A stretch of DNA of 64,000 bases. It comes from Takakia lepidozioides. Taxonomy: Eukaryota; Plantae; Bryophyta. Shown in pieces: positions 1-12,906 of the stretch. Below the pieces are notes generated by a model. The model was not told where the DNA came from. It was given only the letters and a program-made list of their open reading frames with translations, and did not search any database. Each line of letters opens with the position of its first letter. Position 1 is the first letter of the stretch. Location of the stretch: contig CM060734.1 of the NCBI GenBank assembly GCA_030704615.1, positions 11,098,001-11,162,000 of the forward strand, read 5' to 3'. The translations under genes were made by a program, and so were the position numbers.

Positions 1-2471
1 CTGTTTCCACCACTCTGTAGTGATTTCCGTATGCCCACATAGACCGAAATGAACGAGCAACAAACCCTGGTGGCTTACACAGATGACGAATATTTGCATC
101 ATATGCTGCTCCTCTTGAAACAACATTTTGTACTGCCGACTGTATCCACATATGAAAAGCAGGCAAAGGCAACATGTTTTCGGGGTATGGAACGGTGCGT
201 TGGTGTGCATTTCTCCCTTGGGTGCTGTATGTGGCTCGAAATTCGGCTCTGGCTGATTCTATGGTGGCCTTCTCAATATCATAAAGTCTGGTCATACTCA
301 ATTCACACTTAGTCAGGACCATAGTATGTACAAAGAGGCTGAGTGAAAATTGAGAATGCGCCAATTTTGTGTCCGGAAATGGTTCCCAGAGTTAGCATGT
401 GAAGCCAAATAAATGATGTATACTTACCTCAGAAACGGTCTCATGCACGCCGTGTTGTGAAGCACATAGTCGTGTGCACTAGCCCGAATCTCAGCCAACA
501 GTTTCCTTGGAGTTCCAAAGCCCTCTAATACTTCTCCCGCAACACTTTCTTCTTCGTTGCAATCCCAGACCCTTCTACGAGTTCCTGGAAATGCAGCTAT
601 GTACTCTGTGAGGAGGCCAAGAGCCTCATCAAGAGAATACCTCCTGGCCATGCAACCTTCTGGCCGGGCATAGCTCTTCACATATCCCTTCAAATTTTTC
701 ATGTACCTCTCGATGGGGTACATCCAACGCGAACTAACAGGACCACAAACCTCCAATTCATTCACAAGGTGTAGCACAAGGTGGGTCATGAGATCGAAGA
801 AGAGGGGGGAAACTCTTTCTCCAACAAACAAAGCGTTACAACCACATCCTCCTTCAGGGCTGGTAGTTCCTCGGGATCGACTATTTTCATGCACAATGCG
901 CGAAATACACGAGATAGCTTCATGATTGCGAGCCTTGGACCTTTGCCCAACAAACCTCGAATGCACAAAGGTAGAACTTGTTGCATCAGTAGATGGTAGT
1001 CATGACTCTTCATGTGTGAAAGCTTGTTCTTAGCAATATGCTTCTTAAATGAAGCACCATACCCTGTCGGTGTCTTTAGAGCACCCAAAGTTGCATAGAA
1101 GGTAGTAGTTTCCTGTCGATTCAACACGTAAGGAGCCTACGGCTTCACCAACTTCCTGCCATCTCCGGGGTGGGGTTTTAACCATAAGTGAGGTTGTATG
1201 CCCTCATTCTCCATGTCCTTCCTGCTCTTTACTGTGTCCTTTTCCCCCAATATGGTGCGCAATATGTTTTCACAAATGTTTTTTTCACAGTGCATAACAT
1301 CAAGGGTATACCGTATCAACAAATCCTGAAATCATGGAACCACCATCAATATGGTATACTTTGATGGTAAAGCCAAGAGATGACATCTTAATAATGGGAA
1401 AAGGAAGAAACCAGCCTTGCATGCTGCAGACAGTATCCAGAGAGACAAAAGCCAGACATTTTCATGGAAACAACCATATTGCTGCTACATGTGCCATACA
1501 TAGGCGACTCCAAACTTGCTTCATGCAATTTGCATTAGGCTGAAATCTAAGTCGTGTGTGATGATCCTTACAACTGTATCCATGCAACTATGAAATCAGC
1601 CCTGCCAACAAACAAACAATGAAGACATACCCACCTTCCAATATGGCAGGTTCCAAAGGATCGACCTTCGCTTCATGCCATGGGATTTGGCAGGGCACAC
1701 ATTCCGGCGACGGCTGCCAAATGTTTCCATGAACCTCTCGTTTTCCTCCGCATTTTGGAGCTGATCCACAGTGGATACTTGGGGGGGGGGGGGGGGGTTG
1801 TCTGTGATCGGAGGCTCCATTGAAGTGGTTGCGATTGCGTCTATATGGATGGCCTGCTAGTAAGAATTTTCTGTGCCCCTGGTACACCATTTTGCTCAGT
1901 GCACTGGAGTGCCTGGCATCAAGATTGGGCCCGCACACGGGACAAGCCTTGTAGCCCCCAACTGCACACCCTGCTAGCATGGCATATGCAGGATAGTCAT
2001 GTACTGACCACATCAAAATGGCTCTCATGACAAAGGTCCTTGATCCTTCATTGCCAGATGCATCATTAGCCCTAACACCTTCCCACAACACGGTCAGCTC
2101 ATCCACCAGAGGCTGCAAGAACACATCCACATTGGTCTTCTTCACGGATGTCGGCCCTGGAATTAAGAGTGTCAATATCATAAAAAAAGGCTTTGTGCTC
2201 AGCCAAGGAGGAAGGTTGTAGTTCATGAGCAAGACTGGCCACGTAGACCATTTTGTTGATTTATCACCAAAGGGATTGATACCATCCCATGCCAGACCTA
2301 GTCGCAAGTTGCGAGGTTCAGCTGCAAAAGCAGGCCATGTATCGTCAATGTATTTCCATGCAAGGCTGTCAGGCCGGTGTCTCATCTTCCCATCTTAACT
2401 TTGGTTCTCCATGTGCCACACCATAAGCTTAGATATCTCCTTGCACTTGTACATGCGCTGCAGCCGGGGAA
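1..2471 (-). mobile_element. CACTA (En/Spm) TnpD-like transposase, frameshifted, N-terminus cut off by an insertion at 2472
   Basis: Transposase_21/DUF4218-type motifs in successive minus ORFs: PRLQRMY, RHxxDSxAW, PRNLRLGLAWDGINPF, DVMHCEKN, MKSHDYH, RWMYPIERYMKNLKGYV. Confidence 0.92.
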
Positions 2472-3790
2472 GGGGGCTGCTATTTCATGAGCCATGAGCC
2501 ATGAGCGGCATGAGCCATGAGCAGAGTCGTAAGTGTGGAAAAAAACATGAGCATCACTATTTTCCGGAAATGAGTGTCCGCGGGAATAGGGTTTAGGGTG
2601 CCACGGTCATAGGGGGAGAAGGACCTCCCGATGAAGGAGGTTCGGCAATGTTATTTAGAATTATATATTGAAAGGCAATGTTTCGCGAATGGAAGGGTGG
2701 TACTGCTTTGTACAATGGGGGCCCATTTCAGCCTACCAGCCACTTGCAAAATCCACCCACACTCCCAATCCCAAACGAAATGAGCAATGACGCATTCTCG
2801 GAACGATGGACACAGAATAGAATAAAAAGAGGGCACAATGAGGTTTTTATTGATCCACATGAATTGCATTTGAAGCACGTCTACTGTGCTGATTGTGCAA
2901 TCAAATCTTTAGCCCTGTGCCTACTGAATACAAGTCACGTTGTCAATGGGACTTCGACTGCTCTCAGAACTAGCTCATGAGTCATGGGGCTCCTCTAGGT
3001 AAAGTCGATTGCAGCCGTTGTACCGCCCCTAGTGATGTTCACCACAATGTCCTGCCCTTCAATCATACCACCATCGAATATGGAAATCTTCACGTTTTTG
3101 TCATCCACACCAATGCGAATGTCCCCATACAATGGAGAAGAGGAGCGCACTCCTTGAGGAGAATAGGTCTCTCCGATGGAGTCCACCCACGTCCAGTGGC
3201 AGCAGTTCCACCGCAATAGCATAGCAGTGCGCCTTCTTCTGCATGGGTGACCGTCGTAGCTGGGAAAATCGGAATCGAGGATGCGCAGGAGCCACGGACT
3301 CCTCAGACCAAGATCGTCACCCCGCTCGAAGGCGTAGTGGCCTAGGATATACTCAAAAGCCACCAATGTTCCCACAATCGAACCAGTATCTTCTGTGTAA
3401 TTTGTGTACCCGATAACAATGTCTCCCGATGTGGCCGAATACATTGCATAATCGATGCCTCCAAATGGGCAGTCGTCCCGGTTCCGGAAGCACGGCATCC
3501 TTGCAAAGGAGGACCTGAGGACGACTTGGATGCCGATGACAATGACCTTGCGGACAGCTACGAAGCCCTTAGATTTTGGAAATGATGCGAAGCGGAAGAG
3601 CAGTCCGGCCTCCAATAATGGAGCATCTGGGTCCCACGTACCCACCAACGGAGGTGGATGAACCCATACATCTTTCTCATCAACAAGTTATAGTTTGAGA
3701 TCTGCCACCGAAGTCCATCCCCCCGGATGGAAATTCGGCGCCGCATTTACATCGAAGAGGGGATGGACTTCGTCGTGTCCAGTGGCTATC
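2472..3790 (+). mobile_element. Left end of a GGGGG-terminal long-TIR DNA element (copy 1), inserted into the CACTA transposase
   Basis: Starts GGGGGCTGCTATTTCATGAGC with TGAGC subrepeats. Nearly identical to 15248-16462, and its reverse-complement terminus is at 31731. The right boundary is approximate. Confidence 0.75.
2935..3498 (-). pseudogene. ORF-X (187-aa orphan), copy with premature stop at 2995-2997
   Basis: Colinear with the intact copy at 15711-16274; a TGG codon has become TAG. Confidence 0.7.
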
Positions 3791-4029
3791 GGCCCACCTG
3801 GCAGTGACTGCCCATAGTTTGCATGGCAGGGTAGGAAACTGAAACGGCTACATTCATGCAGCAGCCAATCTTCATCGGTCCAGGATCCTGTAGGGGGGAA
3901 ATTTAAATGTGCCCTGGAGTGTTTGTGAGCAATTGCAGCGTTAGCTTGAACTTTTTCCAGCCACCGCGCTGCTCCTCCTCCATCCGGGAGCTGCTGTCAT
4001 TGAGCGTACTCCGCTACTCTTTTTCAAGG

Positions 4030-4608
4030 ATGCCGTGCCGCCGAAATCCAGCCGACTGCCCTTATCATGGCCACGATTATGCTATGTTCAAACCAGAATC
4101 AGGAGACATCATTGTCTGGCTCTCTGTTTTCACAGACGCTGCTGGAATCAAGCAAGAGTCTTTGCGCGCAATGGAGTATCTGGAGGGCTATTACCGCTTT
4201 GAGTGAGGTGAGGGCGAGGGTCAATGCGGTCCGTGGGTCCTGAAAATTGTTGACCTCGATATACCAAGCTGGAAAGGGATGCCGGACAGATCACGCACGG
4301 CCTCGCTTTGGCGCTGGAACTGCTGCCAGTGGACCAGGGAGGACGGCACCGGGGAAAACTATATACGTGCAGATCACTCCGCTCTTCCAGTGTATGGAGA
4401 CATTCGGCTGAGTTGCGAAGACGAATCGCACGGGCACATGAGGCCCACAGTGACCTTGTCAATGTATGATGGTGGTATCATTGATGGACATGACATTGTC
4501 GTCGGCTCCAGCAAGGGCAGCAGAACGACCGAATTGCAGTTTACCTCAAGGTGCCGCAGCAGTAATGAGCTTGTTTTGAGGGGTATCGAAGTTCCGTCGA
4601 CTTGGTGA
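4030..4608 (+). pseudogene. Diverged ORF-X paralog with a frameshift near 4200
   Basis: MPCRRNPADCPYHGHDYAMF...RWNCCQWT...YGDIRL...DGGIIDGHDIVV...ELVLRGIEVP aligns by eye along the whole length of ORF-X. Confidence 0.75.
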
Positions 4609-4849
4609 AGCCCATGTAGAAGGAGGAAGGGCTTAGTTTTGTCTGCAGTTGGTAAATGTGAGACATCGTGTCCGATCAATAAACCCATCGTACCTCACTT
4701 CTGTGTGATTGTGTTTCATTCTGTTGAATAACTGTCGGAATTGGCCCACTGTTTACAATTTGATGTCTCATTTCTACAATTTGTGTGTCCGGATGAATAT
4801 ACCAGAGTAACCGGTATGAGAGTCATGTGTCAAGAATATACCAGAGTAA

Positions 4850-5318
4850 CGCCATGTCGGACATTGAAATGCGGCACCACATTTCCATGTCGGCATCGAA
4901 ATGCGGTGCCGCATTTCCATGTCGGACAAGGAAATGCGGTGCCACATTCCAATGCCGACATGGAAATGTATGAACCGCATTTCAGTGTCGGACAATGGAA
5001 TGCGGTGCATCATTTCCGTCCAGGTACACGAAATACCAACACGGGTCTATAAATTGGACAGACAACGAGGTTGGCATTGCAAATGCGGCGATGCATTTCC
5101 AGCTTGGCAATGGAAACTTCTTTTTGGACAAGGGAATGCGGTGCCGCATTTCCGTCCAACACTTCGGAAAGTGTGACATTTCCGACCAGCGCGATGGAAT
5201 GCGTTGCCGCATTTCCGTGAGAGGGTCTGCAAATGGACAAATTGCGATGTCCGTTCTGGAAATGCGGCGCCGCATTTCCATGTCCGTCATCGACTTCCTC
5301 TTGCTTGTTGTTGTAGTG
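4850..5318 (-). mobile_element. CACTA terminus with subterminal palindromic repeats
   Basis: Ends ...TTGTTGTAGTG at 5318 (CACTACAACAA on the minus strand), preceded by repeated GAAATGCGGYGCCGCATTTC palindromes. Confidence 0.7.
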
Positions 5319-5319
5319 C

Positions 5320-7602
5320 TTGCTCTTTTGGCTTGAGGAGGGGCTAGATCCTAGGGAATGGAGCTTGAAGCTCCCTAGTTAGGTAGGATTCTTGTAAGCT
5401 AAGGCAAGTGGCCTAGCTTGTGGGCCTTTGAGCCATTTTCATTTGTGAAGGAAGAGGGCAATTTCATGTGGAGGAAAGTGACTTGAGGACGAGTAGGAGG
5501 GGCTGGTATGGACTTATGAACGAGAGCCTAAGTGAAGGCCGCATAGAGTACCATTACTTGAGTCGATAGAGCATCCCAAGCACTCTCGCATAGAAAGGTT
5601 GATCCCATCTTACCATTTCACCATTTGTGTATGTGATTCATTTATTTTCCAAGCAAAGCTTGAAGTTGAAAATCTAATCTAGACTCTTCAAAAGAGGAGA
5701 GTGCATTGTGGAGTCCCATTATTTCATGTCTAGAAGTGACAAGGGGAAAACCCCTATAGTCTATTGGTAAGGGCACCAATAGAGGCTTGTATTTGAATTG
5801 TTGGAAGAAGGAATCTTTGTATTTGATTACTAATTTGAAATATAGCCAGCTCTGGCAAAGGCAGGCCAGTAGGCTGGATCTATGATATAAGGCTACTATA
5901 AGGCCTCTATGTGCTAATTCCCCCCCCCCCCCCCCCACTAGCAAGCCATGGAGGCCTAGGGGAGGGTGGTTTGTATTTTTTTTGTCTTGGGGTTTGGGCG
6001 GGCTGATTTCGCTTGACAGCAGCTACCCCAAAGTCGCGAGCAGCCCGGGAGGAGCCCGGGTGCTGCGCCTAGAGAGTAGGGACTCGATTACTAAAAGCGT
6101 GGAGGCAGTCGTGGCCCAGCCACGACGTACGGACGTGGGGCCCCAGCGCTGACCTTAAGTTGTACTGAGATCAAGTACATCAGCTGCGTGGCTCAGGCGT
6201 GAGGCCATGAAGCGTGCGAGCAAGGCGAGGGTCTTTACCGGCTGGATAACCAAAAGTTGTGACGGACCGGCGGACGCTGGCGTTAACCGCAGCGGGTCCA
6301 CGGTTTGGACCGCTACGCGCGGATCTGCGCCCCGCTACGTGGCGGGGACGTTTTACCCAGCGGGCAATGCGTCTGCAAATTCCCTTAAAGGGGGGTATTC
6401 TTACCTTTAGGTATTAGATTCAATTTATACCCCTCTAAGGGTTATGAGCCATTATCTAAGGCGCCAGTGGTAGATTAAATCTAGGATTTTGGGAGGACGT
6501 AGCCTTGGAGAGGAGCGTTCTTAGGACTCCAAGAGGGAGCCAAGCGGGCCTGAGGGCAGTGAGCTAGAGGCGGAGACCTCGAGAGACAAGGGAGGAGAGA
6601 AAGTACTCTGTCCTAAAAACTTGGCTATAGTGAGCCTTTGTGTCAGAGCCCAAGGTAGAGGATGACTTTTTCCATGGAGGGAAAGCGCATCAGCGTCTTA
6701 AAATAATGTAAGGGGGGTGAAATCTAGCTTGGAACCACCAGTGGTTATTTTATTATTTACGCATGCATGTTCTGGACTAACGAATGTAGTGGCAGGGATG
6801 AGCTCGCAGCGAGATTCATTCATCCGATAGGGCCGCGGCAGTTCCCCGTGCAGGGAACGGTTCCCGGGTGGTCATCGGTTCTCATTGGGTTCCCATAGGG
6901 TTCTCAAGGGCATCTTTAGGCACCAAGGGTATCTTTGGATTCCCCACATGATTTCCCATAGGGGAGGTATTTTTTTCTGATTTTCTTAATTTCTTTTATT
7001 TTCCAGCATTTCCGTTTTTGCGAAATTGCTTAAATAGGATAGATGCACGTGGTGCTCGTTATAGCCTGCAGGGCGCTGATTAAACTGATTGAACTTGTTG
7101 TGTTGAGGGGCTTAGACCCACCTTATTGAATTGAGTGAACCTATTGGATGACGATAGGCATTTTGGCCAGTCCGTTGCTATAAGTATTTAGGCACTGGGG
7201 TAGGAAGTGTTGGCCCTTCCACTTAGAGGTGACTTGAACTCAAGCCCTCGGCGAAGGAGGGGCAGTGGGAGAGGACGATTTTCCCGATTAAAACATGTCC
7301 CGGCTATAGGCGGCTCAGGGGCCTAGGCGGTAGGAATTAGACAATAAAACACAAAGTCTTGGAAGACAATTACTGAGTAGATTATAGGATACCGTAGGAC
7401 TTAGAAACGCAAACTCGCCCTGTGAAGAGGAGTACGTGATTTCTCTTTGTCGGTAGGACTTAGATAGTGATCATAGCCACCATGTACGACCACGGACCCC
7501 CTGCACTAACCGCAGTCGGGTAGGCGGTTCAGTGAGCCCAACCTACACCGCAATTTACCTCGGCCCTTCTAGACTACTATGCCGTCACCCTGACCGCGCG
7601 CG
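5320..7602. repeat. Non-coding, probably LTR-derived sequence that truncates the ParB-like gene
   Basis: No credible ORF, purine tracts, and an abrupt junction with coding sequence at about 7603. TG/CA ends and a TSD were not established. Confidence 0.3.
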
Positions 7603-10324
7603 CTCAGGGCTCATCAGGAAGAACCAAAAAAACTTGAAAACAACCTGAAACCACCATGTCATGTGGTTTATCCAGAGGTCAAATGTGGGGTCGGATAGTT
7701 TGTCAGGTTTTGGGAAGCTCCACATGTCCCGAATACTCTGAGATCTATTCCAGATTTGGAGCCACCAGGTCTGTCCAACCAACGTGGATATTAGTAAGCA
7801 AAATAAAATAAGGGAACACATTGTTGCATGAAGAGTCCAAGTTGGTTCAGAATGATTAACCTTCTCAGTTGCATCCACACACGTTGTGACTAGACGATGT
7901 AGTTCCTCGATTGTCATTGTTGGCTTAAGAGCCCGTGAGTAGTGCTTCCCCACCTCCACAAGAAAGTCGTCACTGAGTGTGGGATCCGCAATGGCCACGT
8001 ACTTCACCATCCGAGACTTGTACTTGAGGCGCGCCTTTGCCTCGGCAGCGCTGACATACGATTCGAGTGCACCCAGGGTCAATTTCTTCTCCCCTGACTC
8101 CATGTAGAACCTCCTTGCATGTGCCAAATCTTGGTCAATTCTGGTCTGTCAGCAAAGCACATAGCAATTACAAAGCATGGTCTTCTAATTCCATAGCAAA
8201 AAATCGAGAAATGCGAAACGGTGAGTTCGAGAAATTGATTGTTAACGATCCTCTTTTCCAGCAATTGTCTAGAAAAATGTTCTTCGTATGGGATGGGAAC
8301 CATCGGCTTGCCGCATGGATGGAGCACATAGCCCAAGTACACCCCGACGAACTAGATTGGCATTACGCCGTGGAGTGTGTTGTGCTGAAGGTGGCGGGTA
8401 CGGCGGATCGCAGTCTTCTCAAGGCTGCTATGGCGGACATAAACACGTAAGTTCAAATGCTCCTTGCACTGGAACTTGCAATTTCATAGTCATTTCGGCG
8501 GCAAGCCCCTCACATATTGCAACTGTGGCATTGCAGGGTCACGGTGACTGCCTTCATTGCCACCAACTTGTCCCACATGCTCTTCCGAGTGAAGGATGTA
8601 GGGAGGCAGCCGGTGTCTAATTTTGCCAATTCCTTCAGTGCCGATCTCCTGCGGAAGTCAGAGGCAAAGGCTGACAGAACATGGTATAGGCTGAGCATGG
8701 ACGCCATGGTCGACTATATCTTTCGGGTATTGCGTTCTGCTCTCTTCATGACCCCATACGATATCCATCCCGAAAAGAGAATTTGAGCTTGTCGATATCA
8801 CCGAAAACGGCAGGTCTGACCACCTGCATCGATACCATGTGGCAGAGCGGAATCCGCAGCTTTGCTGGGTAGACCATGCCTTCTAGTACCCTGTCAATGT
8901 TGTTGTGGGTTGCCTCCAACATCTTGGCAGCGGCCAACTTCATATCCGCCTCCGACATGACGTCTGTTGCAGGGGGGTTCTCTGGAAGCCCACCAGAACC
9001 ACCAAATCCAGCCTGTATGCTCCGGCTTTGGGCCCTGGGGATCTCTGGGAGGATGTCATCCTGGTCAGAAAGGTCCCTCTCCTCCTCATATCTGACATGT
9101 ACCAACGGAAGCTCAACAGTGCCTTGCAATGTGGCAAGTGCCTCTTCCCCTCCACCTGCCCCATACCCCGGTGTGTGTGGTGTTTTCTCCTCTCCCTCTG
9201 CTGGTTTCTTAATGGCTCTGTCTGGTTCAGGTGTCATGGTACCTCTCTCGCTTGTCAGTGCTTGTGTCACTGCCTCTTCCGTGGTCTTTTCAGTGGCCTT
9301 CTCTCTTGCCAAAACCTTGGCCTTCTCTCTACCATGTTCTCTTGCCATGTCTTTTGCCCTCTCTCGGGCCTTTTGTTTCTTAGATGGGTGAGGCCTCCAG
9401 GTCCACCACCTTCGACCCCGGGGAAGTCACACCCTCTTGGTGTTTGGTGGGTGTTCTGTTCACTCCCCCCTCAGCAACGTGTGCCTGCTCTTTGGCTGGG
9501 GATTGCATGTGCTTCGCCTTTTTCTTCTTCTACATGTGGGCGGGCCCCCCTGCCTGTACATCGACCTCATGGATGGGCGGATCTGTAGCCTATTTCCATC
9601 GCCCTGCACCTGCCATGCCGACTGCTACAGAGGCAATCTCCTGAATGCCTATTCGGGTGTACTCCCGCTCCAGCGCCTCTCTTCCGCCAACAAAAGGAAC
9701 TAGTTTTGGATTGGCCTCCAGTGCCCACGTAGGCGACCCGAGAATGCAAATATCAGAGACCGCAGACTGCTGTCGATGACTGTTAGACTGCGGTCGATGG
9801 GTTGGAATCACCGCTTGTCGACTTGGAGCAGTCGAGGATACCACCACCGTGTCCCGATCGTCTTCACTCTGTCATCCCCAACACGGGCAGCACCATCCAA
9901 ATCAAATCAACAGTTGTGACAGGCAGAGTAGGGATAAGCATGAAAGCAAAAACAACTGTGTTCCTACAGATAAGCATGAAAGCAAATACAAGTAATCGCC
10001 AACAATCATTTGCAATCGCACATGCAGAAGCACAAAGAAAATGTTCGGGTGCGAAGAAGAGGACGACACATCTACAAAAAGCAGAAGAAACATGCGCTCA
10101 CCTCAGAGTGCTTGGCTTCAGTTGGCATGGGCTGCGAGCAAGACAACAGTATCTCCTGCTGTAGCTTCAGTCTGGCCATGCAAGCAGTTGGTCACGCCCC
10201 GTAGTACAAAGGTTTCAGTTTGCGCCGCGGCCTCGATGGGGGGTTTCTGAGGAGAGCCTCGCTCTTCTCCACGCGGCATAAGTCCGACTAACAGTAAAAT
10301 CAAACGCATAATGCGTTGTGGCAT
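7603..10324 (-). pseudogene. Multi-exon ParB/Srx-domain-like TE cargo gene (N-terminal half) with internal inversion 8176-8750
   Basis: LRIPLCHMVSMQVVRPA on the minus strand joins in frame to FFVWDGNHRLAAW in the inverted segment. GT-AG intron at 8447-8536. Continues as TRIDQDLAHARR on the minus strand. The 5' limit is uncertain. Confidence 0.7.
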
Positions 10325-10509
10325 TCGGGGAAAGGAACTTCATCCACACGTCACATCAGTGGCTCCAGGTGTAGCCGGGAAGCTAGCATGGAATCCGTGC
10401 AGACGATCTAGGTTCAAAAAGGAAGACGGCGGAACATAAATGCGGGCCGCCGGGAATAACTGTGACAGGTTGCGAACTCGCCCAGGGCGACACCTGTCCA
10501 AGTCATACC

Positions 10510-11610
10510 CCAACAGGACTTTATCCGCCCGAAAAAAGGCGCCATATTTCCATTCGGGGTGATGAACTCTGGCAGGCATGTGGAGCCCACTCCACCCGAG
10601 ACGACTTCGTCACAAACCCCTCGGATGGAAATTCGGTGCCATATTTCCATCCGGGGGATGAAGTTTGGCACCATCGAGAGGACCCATCCAGGCCCTCGAG
10701 GACTTCATCCCCGCCCCCTCGGATGGAAATACGGCGCCGAATTTCCATCCGGGGGATAAACTGTGGCAGCCATCTGGGCCCATCCGGGCCCCCGAGGACT
10801 TCATCCCCGCCCCTCGAATGGAAATACGGTGCCGAATTTCCATCCGGGGGATGAAATTTGGCAGCCACATCCCGATGGAAATTCGGTGCCGTATTTCCAT
10901 CCGCGGGGCCAGGGATGAAGTCATGGGGGGCCGACATGGACTCTGGCAGCCATGTGGACCCATCTTGGCCCACCATGACTTCATCCCTGGCCCCTAGGAT
11001 GGAAATACAGCGCCAAATTTCCATCGAGCGGATGAACTCTGGCAGCCAACTGGAACCATATCGGCCCCACACGACTTCTTCCCTGGCCCTCCGAATGGAA
11101 ATTCGGCACCACATTTCCATCCGGGGATGAAATCTGGCAGCCATGTGGACCCATCTCGGCCCACCAGGACTTCATCCCTGGCCCCTAGGATGGAAATACA
11201 GCGCCGAATTTCCATCGGGGGGGTGAACTCTGGCAGCCATGTGGACCCATCTCAGCCCACCAGGACTTCATCCCTGGCCCCTAGGATGGAAATAAGGCGC
11301 CGAATTTCCATTGGGCGGATGAACTCTGGTAGCCAACTGGAACCATATCGGCCCCACATGACTTCTTCCCTTGGCCCTCCGGATGGAAATTCGGCACCAT
11401 ATTTCCATCCGGGGATGAAATTTGGCAACCATATGCACCCATCTCGGCCCCCAAGGACTTCATCCATTGCCCCTCGGATGGACATACGGCGCCGAATTTC
11501 CATCCGGAGGATGAACTCTGGCACTAACGTGGACCCCTAGGATGGAAATTCAGCGCCATATTTCCATCCGGGGGATGGAAAACGGCGCCAAATTTCCATC
11601 CATGGAATGA
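10510..11610. repeat. Array of about 12 roughly 30-bp palindromes (GGATGGAAATTCGGCGCCGAATTTCCATCC consensus), main period about 96 bp
   Basis: Copies read directly at about 10622, 10721, 10818, 10997, 11094, 11188, 11284, 11381, 11476 and 11540. Confidence 0.92.
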
Positions 11611-12311
11611 AATTTGCACCGATAAAGGGAACAAAAGGGACCGAAGGAAGGAAATTGTCCACACAACCCTCGACTACGTGGGCTGAGTGGAAATTCCCTA
11701 TGGCTGTAGGCAATCCGAAATAACTCCTGATGCTTGATCGCTTTCTGGCTGGCTCGCTTGCTTCACTAGCTTTTGGTCGCTTAACGGGCTTGCACCATTC
11801 TCGAGTTACTATCCCCTCTATATATACTTTTGTGACTGTTGGCGGAGGTCTTACAAGTAGCCCATGTCTTTTTTGGTGCACCACCACTGTGTCCCTATGT
11901 CACTCCCTGTGATGAGTTGCGGTGAGCCTCGGCCCACTCCCTGCGGCCCCATTGGCCCGAAGTGAGTCCCGAGACTCCTCATGACTCCAACCTACTCTTG
12001 CTAAACCCCCTTGTGAGTTCCCCCTGCACCCACTCTAAATAGCCACCACCCCGTGAATAGCCCACTTGGGGTCCCCACCGCCCACTGGTTGGGGCCCCGC
12101 CCAGTGAGTGTCTCCCCCCCCTTGAGTGCCTTAGCCACTCAAGGGTTGTTCAGCCCCCACTCCTACTGCTACCACTACCCCCACCACAAGGGCAACCCCT
12201 CTTGTGTCCCGACCCCTGCCCTTAAGGCAAAGGGCCGCAACAGACAATGAGTAATACAGAAAAATCAACCACTTTCCTTTTGGGCAGTTCAGTGATGCGG
12301 TGATGAAAGAA

Positions 12312-12906
12312 CAACACAGCTATGGCGTAAGCCTAGCCTTTGAGCCTGTGAGCCTAGACTCACGCTTCCCCACCAGAGCGTGAGCGCAAGGTGGTGTTGC
12401 AAAGAAAGAGGACCTATACCCGAGGTCAGGTGGAAGAAGACTTAATACCGCGGAAATAAGATATTTGCCTGATGAGGGGCAAAACCATAATTGTTGTTGT
12501 TGTTGTTGTTTATATATATATATATATATATTATATATGTATATATTTCACCTTAGCTGCATGACAATCGTTAACGATCAAGGCAAATGGACGTATATAA
12601 GATATCCAAAAAAAAAAACCTTAGGCCAATAGGTTACAGTATTTGCAGGTGCTGGGAACCACAATCGTTGACGACCTTGGCAACACTATCTTTTGGAGTG
12701 CTGTGTTTTGTTCATATTTCTGTGCATTCTTGCTGGAAAAGGTGAGGGTCTCCATGTCATAATATGCACATGTCCGCGGAAATGAGTGTTTGTCTGCGGT
12801 AATAGGTGCCAATCTGCGGTTATGGGCCTGAGAAATCACGTGCCGGAGCATGAGCCTACCCAGGCTCACAGGCTCACGGGGCCAGGCTCATGTCCTAGCA
12901 TTCCCC
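12312..12906. mobile_element. MITE-sized relative of the GGGG-terminal family with internal (TTG)n/(TA)n
   Basis: The right end reads GGGGAATGCTAGGACATGAGCC...GTGAGCCTGTGAGCCT on the minus strand. A degenerate inverted match lies at about 12318-12365. The CCGCGGAAAT motif is shared with the other ends. Confidence 0.5.

Noticed and set aside
2588-2598. Telomere-like GGGTTTAGGG
   Set aside because: Single unit within a TIR, not an array.
10340-11540. Many overlapping ORFs (MEIRRRISIR repeats)
   Set aside because: Translation artefacts of a palindromic repeat array that is open on both strands.
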